Assembly: GCA_964016885.1 (NCBI GenBank)
Contig: OZ024742.1
Coordinates: 139,438,001 to 139,502,000 of the forward strand
DNA: 64,000 nt
Source of the DNA: Eledone cirrhosa
Taxonomy: Eukaryota
Direction of reading: 5' to 3'
A program made the position numbers and the translations under genes. Shown in pieces: positions 23,301-39,864 of this stretch (position 1 is its first letter; each line of letters starts with the position of its first letter). The notes below the pieces were generated by a model. The model saw only the letters and a program-made list of their open reading frames with translations. It was not told where the DNA came from and did no database searches.

Positions 23301-26300
23301 GTAAGTAATCATTATAAAACAATACACATATTTTGTCCATATGAATTATTTTACAAGGATAGCAAGCAAATTTATATTTATTGGTCGATTACAATCTTTG
23401 AAAAATCAAATAAGGATTGCTTTATAAAATGTATAATGAAGCTAATGATAACAGAAGCTGAAATACTTGAAGCCCTCAGCGGTTATACGATGAACATATC
23501 ACCCGGCTACGGTGGTCTCCTCTATGCGGTTTACATGATAGAAATGTTCTGCAATGATTATGATAGTCTTCTCTATGAGTTTAACATAGACATGCTAGAC
23601 TTGTTCTTGACACTCCTTCAACCTGCATGCAGCACAAAGCATTAATACCGGGAATTTCTCTGTTCTGTAATTCGGGGCGTAGTAAAGGTGATATATATTA
23701 ATAAATGATCTAAAAGATATTATTTAATTTTTCATTATCACTGTAATGATATATATTTATCTGTATTTACAGCGACTAATTCTACTAAACATAAGTACTC
23801 ATGATATAATAATATTTATTTTTGTCCATAAAGATAAATTATGTTTGTTACAAGCATAGCAGGTAAATTTACAGTCATTGATTTGTTACTATCTTTGATA
23901 AATCAGAAAAGAATTGTTTTATAAAATGTTTAATGAAACTTACTATAACAGAAACTGAAATATTTGCACACCTGGCCGGTTGATCAAGTGGCAAATCACC
24001 CGGTTACGATGGCCTCCTTTCTGAGGTTTACATAGACAAGCTAAACTTATTCTCCGATGGTTATGATGGTCTCCTCTATGAGGTTTTCACAGACATACTT
24101 GATTTGTTCTGGGCTTAATCCAGAGAAGTCAGTGTGTCTCCAGCTCACTGCTTGAGTGTCAAATCCATGCAGTTCAACTGCTTTGACAAATACTGAACGG
24201 ACGGACCAATGACATTTGTTTGGGTCGTCTGGTTTTGTCTACACCTCCAGGTGGTTAAGGACTGGGATGAGGTAGCATGGACATACACATACATACACAC
24301 AAAGGCATTGTTTTGATATGCACCCTTTTTTCCTGCTATTAATTTTGTCTCTCACTCTTTTAAGTTGTGAAATAGACTGGTTAGTTACGCACGCAGCTGA
24401 CACATTTCAGCTCGCTACTATATTGCTATATAATGGTTGATCGCATTTAAAGTCCGTTAAAGGTTCTTGGCACGACCATTGTTACCATCGCTTTCCTCCA
24501 GCCTTGGAGACATGAACCGAAAGCTACCATTCTATTTTATATCAATGTGAACTGCTATTTCTAAAGACCATCTTCTCACCCCTTGATAATTTGTGTGTGA
24601 GACACGTTGGCTGGGTTCTTCTGACAGGAATGAAAAGATTTATTCTGTTTAGCTTCCCGTCCCCACGTAAAATTTGTAAATCAGTGGCTCGTTGAGTGAT
24701 AGAGTCCTATCGGTTGCCAGTTGCTAATAGCTTTACCGTGTCAGTCGTCACAAACAGTCATGGCCGGCATAGACTGGTCTTAGGATTCTGTCGATCGATT
24801 GGTTATTGATTAGGCAATACCCGCTGATCAAGCTGCATAAGCCGATTGTGCATTGTTGCATAATATATGCAGACAGATGGTGCAGTGCACCTTACTGCTG
24901 TCTTAGTGCGGCAGAAACTCGAGTCCGGGTAACTTATAGACACCAGTTTTACGTGCGTTGTGTTGAAACAAATAACTTTGTGTATACTCTGGGAATGTAT
25001 CTTACATTGCCCATGGAGTGCGCTGAGATACAACCGGTCCTGGCATTGAAAAATATGCTGGGTCCGTCAACCCTTGTTATATATATATATATATATATGT
25101 GAGTGCGTATGTATGTATGTAATTCCTCGACGACTAAACCTGCAACCCCACCAAATTCACTTGGTGAGGAGGGTGATTTTGGATACCCTGCAGGACAAAA
25201 AACAATACCTAACAAAGGGCGGAAGAACTCTTAAGAGTCAACAGCCATCCAAAAATGTGTAAATATGTCTATACATATATATGTATATGTAAATCTGTAT
25301 ATGCATGTGTGCATGTATATGTATATGCGTGGTGCCATTGAAATTGTCGGGCTGGATACGATATCGCGCGGTAAAACCACTTGGAGTGAAGGACCACTAG
25401 TCTTTGTCACGGCATTCTTCTAGGAAAAGGCAACTCAGGAAACTGGGATAACTCCGACATAAAACCTGCGGCTCAGCAGTTGCCGATGATGTTGATCTTT
25501 TCTTCTTTTCGGGTTATAGCTACTGTCGCTCAGAGAATGGGATTGGCTCAGTGCACAGTTTTTCCTCACTTTAAAAAACATCTTCACGCAGACGCATTGC
25601 ACAATGGTATTAATTAATAATTATTAATAATGTTATATCGTGCAATGGCCATACTCGATAACAAGGGGGCAGCCATCATGTATGTATATGATATTAAATA
25701 ACAGTAAGTGTAAGTAGAATTCTAAAGTGTATATTTTACACACTATATATATATTTCTCAGTTTTCTCAAATGTCGCACGATAGTAAGTCTGTCGAGTGA
25801 GTAAAGCAGTCATCGTTCACTTTTAAGTACGTTCTGGAGACTAAAATATATATAATTACTTATAGGGAGATTTTTTTCTTGAGTAGGTAAGGCGTTACAA
25901 CGAAATATAAGGCCATATAATGTACCTTTGAATATATTGATTCATTAATATCGTTTATAAAAAAGAAAATATTTGCTTAATTAAATGTCGTATATATATG
26001 CTGTAAATTGATATATCATTTAATAATAAAACTGACGATATTAGTTCTAAAATTATATTAATGACATCATCTGTATTAGATAGCAAATGTATATATAAGC
26101 TAGGACTTCTATTAAACTATACATGTTTCTGTAATATATTTTTTATAAATGAAAGCAATTCTATTTCCGATAAAATATCAGTCGATCTGTCTTATTTGAA
26201 TTTTTTTAATACTTAATGTTAAGAATTATCGAAACTTTCAATATTATATATTGAACTGGTGTAGGAAATAAAGAAAATTATATAGTATATATATATATAA

Positions 26301-27084
26301 ATAGATGAATGATCCGAAAGACAAGAATAATTTGCTAATTATTAACATTATGATATATATGTGTGTCTCATTTAATCATAAGACTGACGTTATTAGTTCT
26401 AAAATTATATTAATTACATCATCTATATTAGATAGCAAATGTATAAAAGCTAGGACTTCCATTAAACTATACATGTTTCTGTAATATATTATTTATAAAT
26501 GAAGGCGGTGGATTGGCAGCATCGGTAGAGGGTCGGACGCCATGCTTTGAAGCATAGAGTTACGGCCCTTGCCATATTGAGTTCAAACCCCACCTAGGTT
26601 AACTTTGCCTTTCAACCTTACGGGCTCGATAAAATGAAGTACCAGTAATGTACTGAGTAATTGCTGGCCTTGTACCAAAGGTAGAAACAATTATTTATAA
26701 ATGAAAGCATTGCTATTTCTGATACAATATCAGTCGATCTGTCTTATTTGAATTTCTTTAATACATAATTGTTTCTACTTTTGGCACAAGGCCAGCAATT
26801 ACCCAGTGAATTGCTGGTACTTTATTTTATCGACCCCGTAAGGATGAAAGGCAAAGTTAACCTCGGCGGGATTTGAAATCAGAATGGCAAGGGCCGTAAC
26901 TATATTCGTCAAAGCATGGCGTCCAACACTCTACGGATGCTGCCAATCCACCGCCATTTCTTTAGTACTTAATGTTAAGAATTATCGTAACTCTCAATAA
27001 TATATATATTGAACTGGTATTATAGAAAATAAACAAAATAATTTTTGATCATTATCATAATAAGATATATCTCTGTATTTACAG

Positions 27085-27108
27085 CTGCTGGTATCCCTAA
27101 ATGTACAA
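27085..27108 (+). CDS. Candidate 24-nt micro-exon 7, (T)AGIPKCT
   Basis: tttacAG|CTGCTGGTATCCCTAAATGTACAA|GTAAGT. Confidence 0.72.
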
Positions 27109-29133
27109 GTAAGTAATCATTATATAACAATACACATATTTTGTCCATATGAATTATTTTACAAGGATAGCAAGCAAATTTATATTTATTGGTCGATTAC
27201 AATCTTTGAAAAATCAAATAAGGATTGCTTTATAACATGTATAATGAAGCTAATGATAACAGAAGCTGAAATACTTGAAGCCCTCAGCGGTTATACGATG
27301 AACATATCACCCGACTACGGTGGTCTCCTCTATGCGGTTTACATGATAGAAATGTTCTGCAATGATTATGATAGTCTTCTCTATGAGTTTAACATAGACA
27401 TGCTAGACTTGTTCTTGACACTCCTTCAACCTGCATGCAGCACAAAGCATTAATACCGGGAATTTCTCTGTTCTGTAATTCGGGGCGTAGTAAAGGTGAT
27501 ATATATTAATAAATGATCTAAAAGATATTATTTAATTTTTCATTATCACTGTAATGATATATATTTATCTGTATTTACAGCGACTAATTCTACTAAACAT
27601 AAGTACTCATGATATAATAATATTTATTTTTGTCCATAAAGATAAATTATGTTTGTTACAAGCATAGCAGGTAAATTTACAGTCATTGATTTGTTACTAT
27701 CTTTGATAAATCAGAAAAGAATTGTTTTATAAAATGTTTAATGAAACTTACTATAACAGAAACTGAAATATTTGCACACCTGGCCGGTTGATCAAGTGGC
27801 AAATCACCCGGTTACGATGGCCTCCTTTCTGAGGTTTACATAGACAAGCTAAACTTATTCTCCGATGGTTATGATGGTCTCCTCGATAAGGTTTACACAG
27901 ACATACTTGATTTGTTCTGGGCATAATCCAAAGAAGTCAGTGTGTTTCCAGCTCACTGCTTGAGTGTCAAATCCATGCAGTTCAACTGCTTTGACAAACA
28001 CTGGACGGACGGACCAATGACATTTGTTTGGGTCGTCTGGTTTTGTCTACACCTCCAGGTGGTTAAGGACTGGGATGAAGTAGCATGGACATACACTTAC
28101 ATACACACAAAGGCATTGCTTTGATATGCACCCTTTTTTCCTGCTATTAATGTTGTCTCTCACTCTTTTAAGTTGTGAAATAGACTGGTTATCTACGCAC
28201 GCAGCTGACACATTTCAGCTCGCTACTATATTGCTATATAATGGTTGATCGCATATAAAGTCCGTTAAAGGTTCTTGGCACTACCATTGTTACCATCGCT
28301 TTCCTCTAGCCGTGGAGACATAAACCGAAGGCTACCATTCTATTTTATATCAATGTGAACTGCTATTTCTAATGGCCATCTTCTAATCCTTTGATAATTT
28401 ATGTGTGCGACACGTTGACTGAGTGCTTCTGACAGGAACGAAAAGATTTATTCTTTTTAGCTTCCTGTCCCCACGTAAAATTTGTAAATAAGTGGCTAGT
28501 TGAGAGATAGAGTCCTATCGGTTGCCAGTTGCTAATAGCTTTACCGTGTCAGACGTCACAAACAGTCATGGCCGGCATAGACTGGTCTTAGGATTCTGTC
28601 GATCGATTGGTTATTGATTAGGCGATACCCGCTGATCAAGCTGCATAAGCCGATTGTGCATTGTTGCATAATATATGCAGACAGATGGTGCAGTGCACCT
28701 TACTGCTGCCTTAGTGCGGTAGAAACTCGAGTCCGGGAACCTTATAGGCACCCGTTTTAAGTGCGTTTTGTTGAAGCAAATAATTTGTGTATACTCTGGG
28801 AATGTATCTTACATTGCCCATGGAGCGCGCTGAGATACAACCGGTGCTGGCATTGATAAATATGCTGGGTCCGTCAACCCTTGTTATATATATGTATATA
28901 TATATATTTATTAAAATAACAGATTAAAGTTTAAGCAAAGAATCGCTGCTTTCACCCTTAACGGGATCTTCTGAACATTAAGGGTGAAAGTAGCGATTCT
29001 TTGCTTAAACTTTAATCTGTTATTTTAATAAATATTTGCTCTACGGTTCTTATATATTTGATATATATTTATCCTTATCGAGCCCTCTTTGTATTTTAGT
29101 CTTCAAGTTTATTACTATTACTATATATATATA

Positions 29134-29225
<92 letters not shown>

Positions 29226-29370
29226 TATTGTAATACTTTGGGAGGGTCATGTTGCCAATAAGAAACACACGCACGTGCGTGTGTTTCTTTTTGGCAACAT
29301 GACCCTCCCAAAGTATTACAATATCGGTTTCAACACACGTTTTCAGAATCTTGCTAAACAAATTCAGAAA

Positions 29371-29477
<107 letters not shown>

Positions 29478-29486
29478 GATATATAT

Positions 29487-29536
<50 letters not shown>

Positions 29537-31509
29537 ATGTATGTATGTAATTCGTCGACGACTAAAGCTGCAACCCCACCAAGTTTACTTGGTGAGGAGG
29601 GTGATTTTGGATACCCTGCAGGACAAAAAACAAAGCAAAGCAAAGGGCGGAAGAACCCTTAAGAGTCAACAGCCATCCAAAAATCTGTAAATATGTCTAT
29701 ACATATATATGTATATGTAAATCTGTATATGCATGTGTGCATGTATATGTATATGTGTGGGGACATAGAAATTGTCGGGCTGGATACGATATCGCGCGGT
29801 TAAACCCCTGGGAGTGAAGGACCACTAGTCTTTGTCACGGCATTCTTCTACGAAAAAGCAACTCAGGAAACTGGGATAACTCCGACATAAAACCTGCGGC
29901 TCAGTAGTTGCCGATGATGTTGATCTTTTCTTCTTTTCGGGTTATAGCTACTGTCGCTCAGAGAATGGGATTGGCTCAGTGCACAGTATTTCCTCACTTT
30001 AAAAAACATCTTCACGCACACGCATTGCACAATGGTATTAATTAATAATTATTAATAATGTTATATCGTGCAATGGCCATACTCGATAACAAGGGGGCAG
30101 CCATCATGTATGTATATGATATTAAATAACAGTAAGTGTAAGTAGAATTCTAAAGTGTATCTTTTACACACTATATATATATTTCTCAGTTTTCTCAAAT
30201 GTCGCACGATAGTAAGTCTGTCGAGTGAGTAAAGCAGTCATCGTTCACTTTTAATTACGTTCTGGAGACTAAAATATATATAATTACTTATAGGGAGATT
30301 TTTTTCTTGAGTAGGTAAGGCGTTACAACGAAATATAAGGCCATATAATGTACCTTTGAATATATTGATTCATTAATATCGTTTATAAAAAAGAAAAGAT
30401 TTGTTTAATTAAATGTCGTATATATATGCTGTAAATTGATATATCATTTAATAATAAAACTGACGATATTAGTTCTAAAATTATATTAATGACATCATCT
30501 GTATTAGATAGCAAATGTATATAAGCTAGGACTTCCATTAAACTATACATGTTTCTGTAATATATTTTTTATAAATGAAAGCAATTCTATTTCCGATAAA
30601 ATATCAGTCGATCTGTCTTATTTGAATTTTTTTAATACTTAATGTTAAGAATTATCGAAACTTTCAATATTATATATTGAACTGGTGTAGGAAATAAAGA
30701 AAATTATATAGTATATATATATATAAATAGATGAATGATCCGAAAGACAAGAATAAATTGCTAATTATTAACATTATGATATATATGTGTGCCTCATTTA
30801 ATAATAAGACTGACGTTATTCGTTCTAAAATTATATTAATTACATCATTTGTATTAGATAGCAAATGTATAAAAGTTAGGACTTCCATTAAACTATCCAT
30901 GTTAGTGTAATATATTATTTATAAATGAAGACGGTGGATTGGCTGCATCGGTAGAGGGTCGGACGCCATGCTTTGAAGCATGGAGTTACGGCCCTTGCCA
31001 TTTTGAGTTCAAACCCCACCTAGGTTAACTTTGCCTTTCAACCTTACGGGCTCGATAAAATGAAGTACCAGTAATGTACTGGGTAATTTGCTGGCCTTGT
31101 AACAAAGGTAGAAACAATTATTTATAAATGAAAGCATTGCTATTTCTGATACAATATCAGTCGATCTGTCTTATTTGAATTTCTTTAGTACATAATTTTT
31201 TTTACATTTTGCACAAGGCCAGCAATTACCCAGTGCATTGCTGGTACTTTATTTTATCGACCCCCTAAGGATGAAAGGCAAAGTTAACCTCGGCGGGATT
31301 TGAACACAGAATGGCAAGGGCCGTAACTATGTTCGTCAAAGCATGGCGTCCAACACTCTACGGATACTGCCAATCCACCGCCATTTCTTTAGTACTTAAT
31401 GTTAAGAATTATCGTAACTCTCAATAATGTATATTGAACTGGTATTATAGAAAATAAACAAAATAATGTTTAATCATTACCATAATAAGATATATCTCTG
31501 TATTTACAG

Positions 31510-31533
31510 CTGCTGTTACCCCTAATTGTACAC
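31510..31533 (+). CDS. Candidate 24-nt micro-exon 8, (T)AVTPNCT
   Basis: tttacAG|CTGCTGTTACCCCTAATTGTACAC|GTAAGT. Confidence 0.72.
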
Positions 31534-33327
31534 GTAAGTAATCATTATATAACAATACACATATTTTGTCCATATGAATTATTTTACAAGGATAGCAAGC
31601 AAATTTATATTTATTGGTCGATTACAATCTTTGAAAAATCAAATAAGGATTGCTTTATAAAATGTATAATGAAGCTAATGATGACAGAAGCTGAAATACT
31701 TGAAGCCCTCAGCGGTTATACGATGAACATATCACCCGGCTACGGTGGTCTCCTCTATGCGGTTTACATAGACATGTTAGATATGTTTTGCAATGATTAT
31801 GATAGTCTTCTCTATGAGTTTAACATAGACATGCTAGACTTGTTCTTGACACTCCTTCAACCTGAATGCAGCACAAAGTATTAATACAGCGAAATTCTCT
31901 GTTCTGTAATTCGGGGCGTAGTAAAGGTGATATATATTAATAAATGATCTAAAAGATATTATTTAATTTTTCATTATCACCGTAATGATATATATTTATT
32001 TGTATTTACATCGGCTGCTTCTACTAAACATAAGTACTCATGATATAATAATATTTATTTTTGTCCATAAAGATAAATTATGTTTGTTACAAGCATAGCA
32101 GGTAAATTTACAGTCATTGATTTGTTACTCTCTTTGATAAATCAGAAAAGTATTGTTTTATAAAATGTTTAATGAAACTTACTATAACAGAAGCTGAAAT
32201 ATTTGCACACCTGGCCGGTTGATCAAGTGGCAAATCACCCGGTTACGATGGCCTCCTTTCTGAGGTTTACATAGACAAGCTAAACTTGTTCTCCGATGGC
32301 TATGATGGTCTCCTCAATGAGGTTTTCACAGACATACTTGATTTGTTCTGGGCTTAATCCAGAGAAGTCAGTGTGTCTCCAGCTCACTGCTTGAGTGTCA
32401 AATCCATGCAGTTCAACTGCTTTGACAAACACTGGACGGACGGACCAATGACATTTGTTTGGGTCGTCTGGTTTTGTCTACACCTCCAGGTGGTTAAGGA
32501 CTGGGATGAGGTAGCATGGATATACACATGAGGTAGCATGGATATACACACAAAGGCATTGTTTTTATATGCACTCTTTTTTCCTGCTATTAATTTTGTC
32601 TCTCACTCTTTTAAGTTGTGAAATAGACTGGTTAGTTACGCACGCAGCTGACACATTTCAGCTCGCTACTATATTGCTATATAATGGTTGATCGCATTTA
32701 AAGTCCGTTAAAGGTTCTTGGCACGACCATTGTTACCATCGCTTTCCTCTAGCCTTGGAGACATGAACCGAAAGCTACCATTCTATTTTATATCAATGTG
32801 AACTGCTATTTCTAAAGGCCATCTTCTCACCCCTCTATAATGTGTGTGTGAGACACGTTGGCTGGGTTCTTCTGACAGGAATGAAAAGATTTGTTCTGTT
32901 TAGCTTCCCGTCCCTACGTAAAATTTGTAAATCAGTGGCTCGTTGAGTGATAGAGTCCTATCGGTTGCCAGTTGCTAATAGCTTTACCGTGTCAGTCGTC
33001 ACAAACAGTCATGGCCGGCATGGACTGGTCTTAGGATTCTGTTGATCGATTGGTTATTGATTAGGCGATACCCGCTGATCAAGCTGCATAAGCCGATTGT
33101 GCATTGTTGCATAATATATGCAGACAGATTGTGCAGTGCACCTTACTGCTGCCTTAGTGCGGCAGAAACTCGAGTCCGGGTACCTTATAGACACCAGTTT
33201 TACGTGCGTTGTGTTGAAACAAATAACTTTGTGTATACTCTGGGAATGTATCTTACATTGCCCATGGAGTGCGCTGAGATACAACCGGTCCTGGCATTGA
33301 AAAATATGCTGGGTCCGTCAACCCTTG

Positions 33328-33370
<43 letters not shown>

Positions 33371-35353
33371 AGTGCGTATGTATGTATGTAATTCATCGAC
33401 GACTAAACCTGCAACCCCACCAAATTCACTTGGTGAGGAGGGTGATTTTGGATACCCTGCAGGACAAAAAACAATACCTAACAAAGGGCGGAAGAACTCT
33501 TAAGAGTCAACAGCCATCCAAAAATGTGTAAATATGTCTATACATATATATGTATATGTAAATCTGTATATGCATGTGTGCATGTATATGTATATGCGTG
33601 GGGCCATTGAAATTGTCGGGCTTGATACGATATCGCGCGGTTAAACCACTTGGAGTGAAGGACCACTAGACTTTGTCACGGCATTCTTCTAGGAAAAGGC
33701 AACTCAGGAAACTGGGATAACTCCGACATAAAACCTGCGGCTCAGTAGTTGCCGATGATGTTGATCTTTTCTTCTTTTCGGGTTATAGCTACTGTCGCTC
33801 AGAGAATGGGATTGGCTCAGTGCACAGTTTTTCCTCACTTTAAAAAACATCTTCACGCACACGCATTGCACAATGGTATTAATTAATAATTATTAATAAT
33901 GTTATATCGTGCAATGGCCATACTCGATAACAAGGGGGCAGCCGTCATGTATGTATATGATATTAAATAACAGTAAGTGTAAGTAGAATTCTAAAGTGTA
34001 TATTTTACACACTATATATATATTTCTCAGTTTTCTCAAATGTCGCACGATAGTAAGTCTGTCGAGTGAGTAAAGCAGTCATCGTTCACTTTTAATTACG
34101 TTCTGGAGACTAAAATATATATAATTACTTATAGGGAGATTTTTTTCTTGAGTAGGTAAGGCGTTACAACGAAATATAAGGCCATATAATGTACCTTTGA
34201 ATATATTGATTCATTAATATCGTTTATAAAAAAGAAAAGATTTGCTTAATTAAATGTCGTATATATATGCTGTAAATTGATATATCATTTAATAATAAAA
34301 CTGACGATATTAGTTCTAAAATTATATTAATGACATCATCTGTATTAGATAGCAAATGTATATATAAGCTAGGACTTCTATTAAACTATACATGTTTCTG
34401 TAATATATTTTTTATAAATGAAAGCAATTCTATTTCCGATAAAATATCAGTCGATCTGTCTTATTTGAATTTTTTTAATACTTAATGTTAAGAATTATCG
34501 AAACTTTCAATATTATATATTGAACTGGTGTAGGAAATAAAGAAAATGATATAGTATATATATATATAAATAGATGAATGATCCGAAAGACAAGAATAAA
34601 TTGCTAATTATTAACATTATGATATATATGTGTGTCTCATTTAAACATAAGACTGACGTTATTAGTTCTAAAATTATATTAATTACATCATATATATTAG
34701 ATAGCAAATGTATAAAAGCTAGGACTTCCATTAAACTATACATGTTTCTGTAATATATTATTTATAAATGAAGGCGGTGGATTGGCAGCATCGGTAGAGG
34801 GTCGGACGCCATGCTTTGAAGCATAGAGTTACGGCCCTTGCCATTTTGAGTTCAAACCCCACCTAGGTTAACTTTGCCTTTCAACCTTACGGGCTCGATA
34901 AAATGAAGTACCAGTAATGTACTGGGTAATTGCTGGCCTTGTACCAAAGGTAGAAACAATTATTTATAAATGAAAGCATTGCTATTTCTGATACAATATC
35001 AGTCGATCTGTCTTATTTGAATTTCTTTAATACATAATTGTTTCTACTTTTGGCACAAGGCCAGCAATTACCCAGTGAATTGCTGGTACTTTATTTTATC
35101 GACCCCCTAAGGATGAAAGGCAAAGTTAACCTCGGCGGGATTTGAAATCAGAATGGCAAGGGCCGTAACTATATTCGTCAAAGTATGGCGCCCAACACTC
35201 TACGGATGCTGCCAATCCACCGCCATTTCTTTAGTACTTAATGTTAAGAATTATCGTAACTCTCAATAATATATATATTGAACTGGTATTATAGAAAATA
35301 AACAAAATAATTTTTGATCATTATCATAATAAGATATATCTCTGCATTTACAG

Positions 35354-35377
35354 CTGCTGGTATCCCTAAATGTACAA
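35354..35377 (+). CDS. Candidate 24-nt micro-exon 9, (P)AGIPKCT
   Basis: catttacAG|CTGCTGGTATCCCTAAATGTACAA|GTAAGT. Confidence 0.72.
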
Positions 35378-37163
35378 GTAAGTAATCATTATAAAACAAT
35401 ACACATATTTTGTCCATATGAATTATTTTACAAGGATAGCAAGCAAATTTATATTTATTGGTCGATTACAATCTTTGAAAAATCAAATAAGGATTGCTTT
35501 ATAAAATGTATAATGAAGCTAATGATAACAGAAGCTGAAATACTTGAAGCCCTCAGCGGTTATACGATGAACATATCACCCGGCTACGGTGGTCTCCTCT
35601 ATGCGGTTTACATGATAGAAATGTTCTGCAATGATTATGATAGTCTTCTCTATGAGTTTAACATAGACATGCTAGACTTGTTCTTGACACTCCTTCAACC
35701 TGCATGCAGCACAAAGCATTAATACCGGGAATTTCTCTGTTCTGTAATTCGGGGCGTAGTAAAGGTGATATATATTAATAAATGATCTAAAAGATATTAT
35801 TTAATTTTTCATTATCACTGTAATGATATATATTTATCTGTATTTACAGCGACTAATTCTACTAAACATAAGTACTCATGATATAATAATATTTATTTTT
35901 GTCCATAAAGATAAATTATGTTTGTTACAAGCATAGCAGGTAAATTTACAGTCATTGATTTGTTACTATCTTTGATAAATCAGAAAAGAATTGTTTTATA
36001 AAATGTTTAATGAAACTTACTATAACAGAAACTGAAATATTTGCACACCTGGCCGGTTGATCAAGTGGCAAATCACCCGGTTACGATGGCCTCCTTTCTG
36101 AGGTTTACATAGACAAGCTAAACTTATTCTCCGATGGTTATGATGGTCTCCTCTATAAGGTTTAAACAGACATACTTGATTTGTTCTGGGCATAATCCAG
36201 AGAAGTCAGTGTGTTTCCAGCTCACTGCTTGAGTGTCAAATCCATGCAGTTCAACTGCTTTGACAAACACTGGACGGACGGGACAATGACATTTTTTGGC
36301 GTCGTCTGGTTTTGTCTACACCTCCAGGTGGTTAAGGACTGGGATGAGGTAGCATGGATACGATATCGCGCGGTTAAACCACTGGGAGTGAAGGACCACT
36401 AGTCTTTCTCACGGCATTCTTCTAGGAAAAGGCAACTCAGGAAACTGGGATAACTCCGACATAAAACCTGCGGCTCAATAGTTGCCGATGATGTTGATCT
36501 TTTCTTCTTTTCGGGTTATAGCTACTGTCGCTCAGAGAATGGGATTGGCTCAGTGCACAGTATTTCCTCACTTTAAAAAACATCTTCACGCACACGCATT
36601 GCACAATGGTATTAATTAATAATTATTAATAATGTTATATCGTGCAATGGCCATACTCGATAACAAGGGGGCAGCCATCATGTATGTATATGATATTAAA
36701 TAACAGTAAGTGTAAGTAGAATTCTAAAGTGTATATTTTACACACTATATATATATTTCTCAGTTTTCTCAAATGTCGCACGATAGTAAGTCTGTCGAGT
36801 GAGTAAAGCAGTCATCGTTCACTTTTAATTACGTTCTGGAGACTAAAATATATATAATTACTTATAGGGAGATTTTTTTCTTGATTAGGTAAGGCGTTAC
36901 AACGAAATATAAGGCCATATAATGTACCTTTGAATATATTGATTCATTAATATCGTTTATAAAAAAGAAAAGATTTGCTTAATTAAATGTCGTATATATA
37001 TGCTGTAAATTGATATATCATTTAATAATAAAACTGACGATATTAGTTCTAAAATTATATTAATGACATCATCTGTATTAGATAGCAAATGTATATAAGC
37101 TAGGACTTCCATTAATCTATACATGTTTCTGTAATATATTTTTTATAAATGAAAGCAATTCTA

Positions 37164-39864
37164 TCTATCTATATATATAAAAATGAATGTATGTTTGTTT
37201 GTTTGTCCAAAGATATAAACGGAGAAAGAGAAATCAACATATATTCAAACAGAGAGTGAAAGAGCGAGTAGTCTGGCTGCTTTGAACCACTCCCTATATT
37301 AGACTGTCTCTAAAGTTATAAACGGAGAAAGAGAAATCAACGTATAGACAAAGACAGAGTGAAAGAGCAACGAGTCAAAGAGCGAGTAGTCTGGCTGCTT
37401 TGAACCAATCCCTATATTAGACTGTCTCTAAAGTTATAAACGGAGAAAGAGAAATCAACGTATAGACAAAGAGAGAGTGAAAGAGCAACGTATAGACAAA
37501 GAGAGAGTGCTATAAACGGAGAAAGAGAAATCAACGTATAGACAAAGAGTGAGTGAAAGAGCGAGTGTGAAATTTTTTTAATTAAAGATAATTTCGATAG
37601 AATTAGTATTCTCTCTTTAATTTAATATAATTTCAATAGAATTAGTAAATTCTCTCTTGAATTTAATATAATTTCAATAGAATTAGTATAGTGTCTGTTT
37701 CACATTACTTCCCTTCCACTCCCATTACAGGGAATTCTTTTTCAGCTAGCCCTTAACTAAGTGCTGTAATTTGATATCTTCATTTCGTCTGTCCTTATTT
37801 TCCTGACCTGGACACATACGTGGACCGACATCATTCCAAGAATTGAGAACAGTAAACGGTCAAGTATGTGCCACTTATCGTGAAGCTTGCCAAGAATAAA
37901 ATCTTCTTGAAAATGATGGACATTGGGACACTTCACTCGCTGATGCATCGAATACTGCTCGACCAAAGCAAATACGCACATTATTCTCAATAATATTGAA
38001 AACGTGCTTCCCATCAAATCCAAAAGATCTTTGGGAAAAATATAAAGACTACATGAGTGAAGACATACGACATCGTTTGCGTGCAACAAATCAAAATATG
38101 AATATTCAATTCACACAAAATGTGTATAATAAAGCATTGGTTTCCATTGAGGTCATATGTTTAGCAATCGCTAACAAAACATTGGTACAATTGGGAATGC
38201 CTGCGCCGAATCGATCTGTAAACGACATTTTCGATCGTGATTTGCAACGAGAAACAAACTTTGATGTCGCCGAATTGGGTACATTTGTTCAAACGAATCT
38301 TCCCAAATTGCTACCAGAACAACGCATAGTATATGACCAAATTATGCAGGCAATTATAAGTCAAAGCGGCGGATTGTATTTTATAGGTGCACCCGGTGGT
38401 ACAGGCAAAAATTTTCTCATTTCACTTATTTTGGCAACTATACGATCAGAAAATAATATTGCACTGGCAATCGCATCATCTGGAATTGCGGCAACTCTTT
38501 TAGATGGTGGTCGAACAGCACATTCAGCCCTGAAATTGCCATTGAATATGCAAATCGCTGAGACATCAACATGCAATATTACCAAAAATTCTGGTATAGG
38601 TAAAGTACTCCAATCATGTAAAATCATTATATGGGACGAATGTACTATGGCGCACAAAAAATCATTGGAAGCGCTTAATAATACGCTAAAAGATTTGAAA
38701 GGAAATGAACAGCTCTTCGGTGGCACACTCATTTTATTGTCTGGTGATTTTCGACAAACTCTACCAGTTATACCGCGATCAACACCCGCTAATGAGCTTA
38801 ATGCATGTCTCAAATCATCAGTTTTATGGCGACACGTACAGAAATTAACTTTAAAAAACAATATGCGTGTACAACTACAAAATGACGCATCCGCTGAACG
38901 TTTCACAAAACAATTGCTGGATATTGGGAATGGGAAAATGGTAATCGATGATTCCACAAAATGTATCACATTGCCAACAAACTTCTGTAGAATCACGGCA
39001 ACCAGAGACGAACTGATTCACAAAGTGTTCCCAAATATTGCGCAGCATTACAAAAATCATCACTGGCTCAGTGTACGTGCTATATTAGCAGCCAAAAACA
39101 CCGATGTCAATGCCATTAATTTCAGCATTCAAAACGAAATACCAGGCGAAGCGACAACGTATAAGTCCATCGATACTGTAATGAATCAAGACGAAATTAT
39201 CAATTTTCCAATTGAATTCTTGAATTCACTTGATTTGCCAGGCATGCCACCGCACATTTTAACATTGAAAATTGGCGTGCCTATCATCCTTCTCCGAAAC
39301 ATCAATCCACCACAACTTTGCAACGGTACCAGACTTTCAGTGAAAAAGACGATGAACAATATCATCGAGGCTACAATTTTAAATGGAAAATTTAAAGGAG
39401 AAGATGTACTCTTGCCACGCATCCCAATCATTACAACAGATACGCCATTCGATTTCAAACGTTTGCAGTTTCCGGTGCGACTCGCCTTTGCAATGACTAT
39501 CAACAAAGCACAAGGACAATCGCTACAAGTGTGTGGACTAAATTTAGAAAATCCATGCTTCTCACATGGACAGCTGTATGTGGCTTGCTCACGCGTCGGT
39601 AAACCTTCTGATTTATTCGTGTATGCACCAGAAGGAAAAACAAAAAACATTGTGTATCCAAAAGCACTTCAGTAAAACAAATTAAATGTTCTTATAACGA
39701 ATTTTCTTTAAATTCGTCAGTCATTCAGTCATTTAAAGATAAATGTTAAAATCTAAAAAATAGAAACTAAATTACAGAAGTTTTTAAATAACGATTAAAA
39801 TGTTAATATTATTCTTTTCTAAATAAGCTTTTTAACACTGAGCGAAGCCGGGTAGCTCCGCTAG
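37164..39864 (+). mobile_element. Helitron copy 3 (same junctions)
   Basis: A|TCTATCTATATATATAAAAATG ... CTAG|T; extra minisatellite copy. Confidence 0.93.
37843..39675 (+). pseudogene. Helitron helicase with premature stop
   Basis: GAATTA>GAATAA nonsense change near 37897; Walker A GKN; downstream 559-aa ORF 37996-39675. Confidence 0.88.
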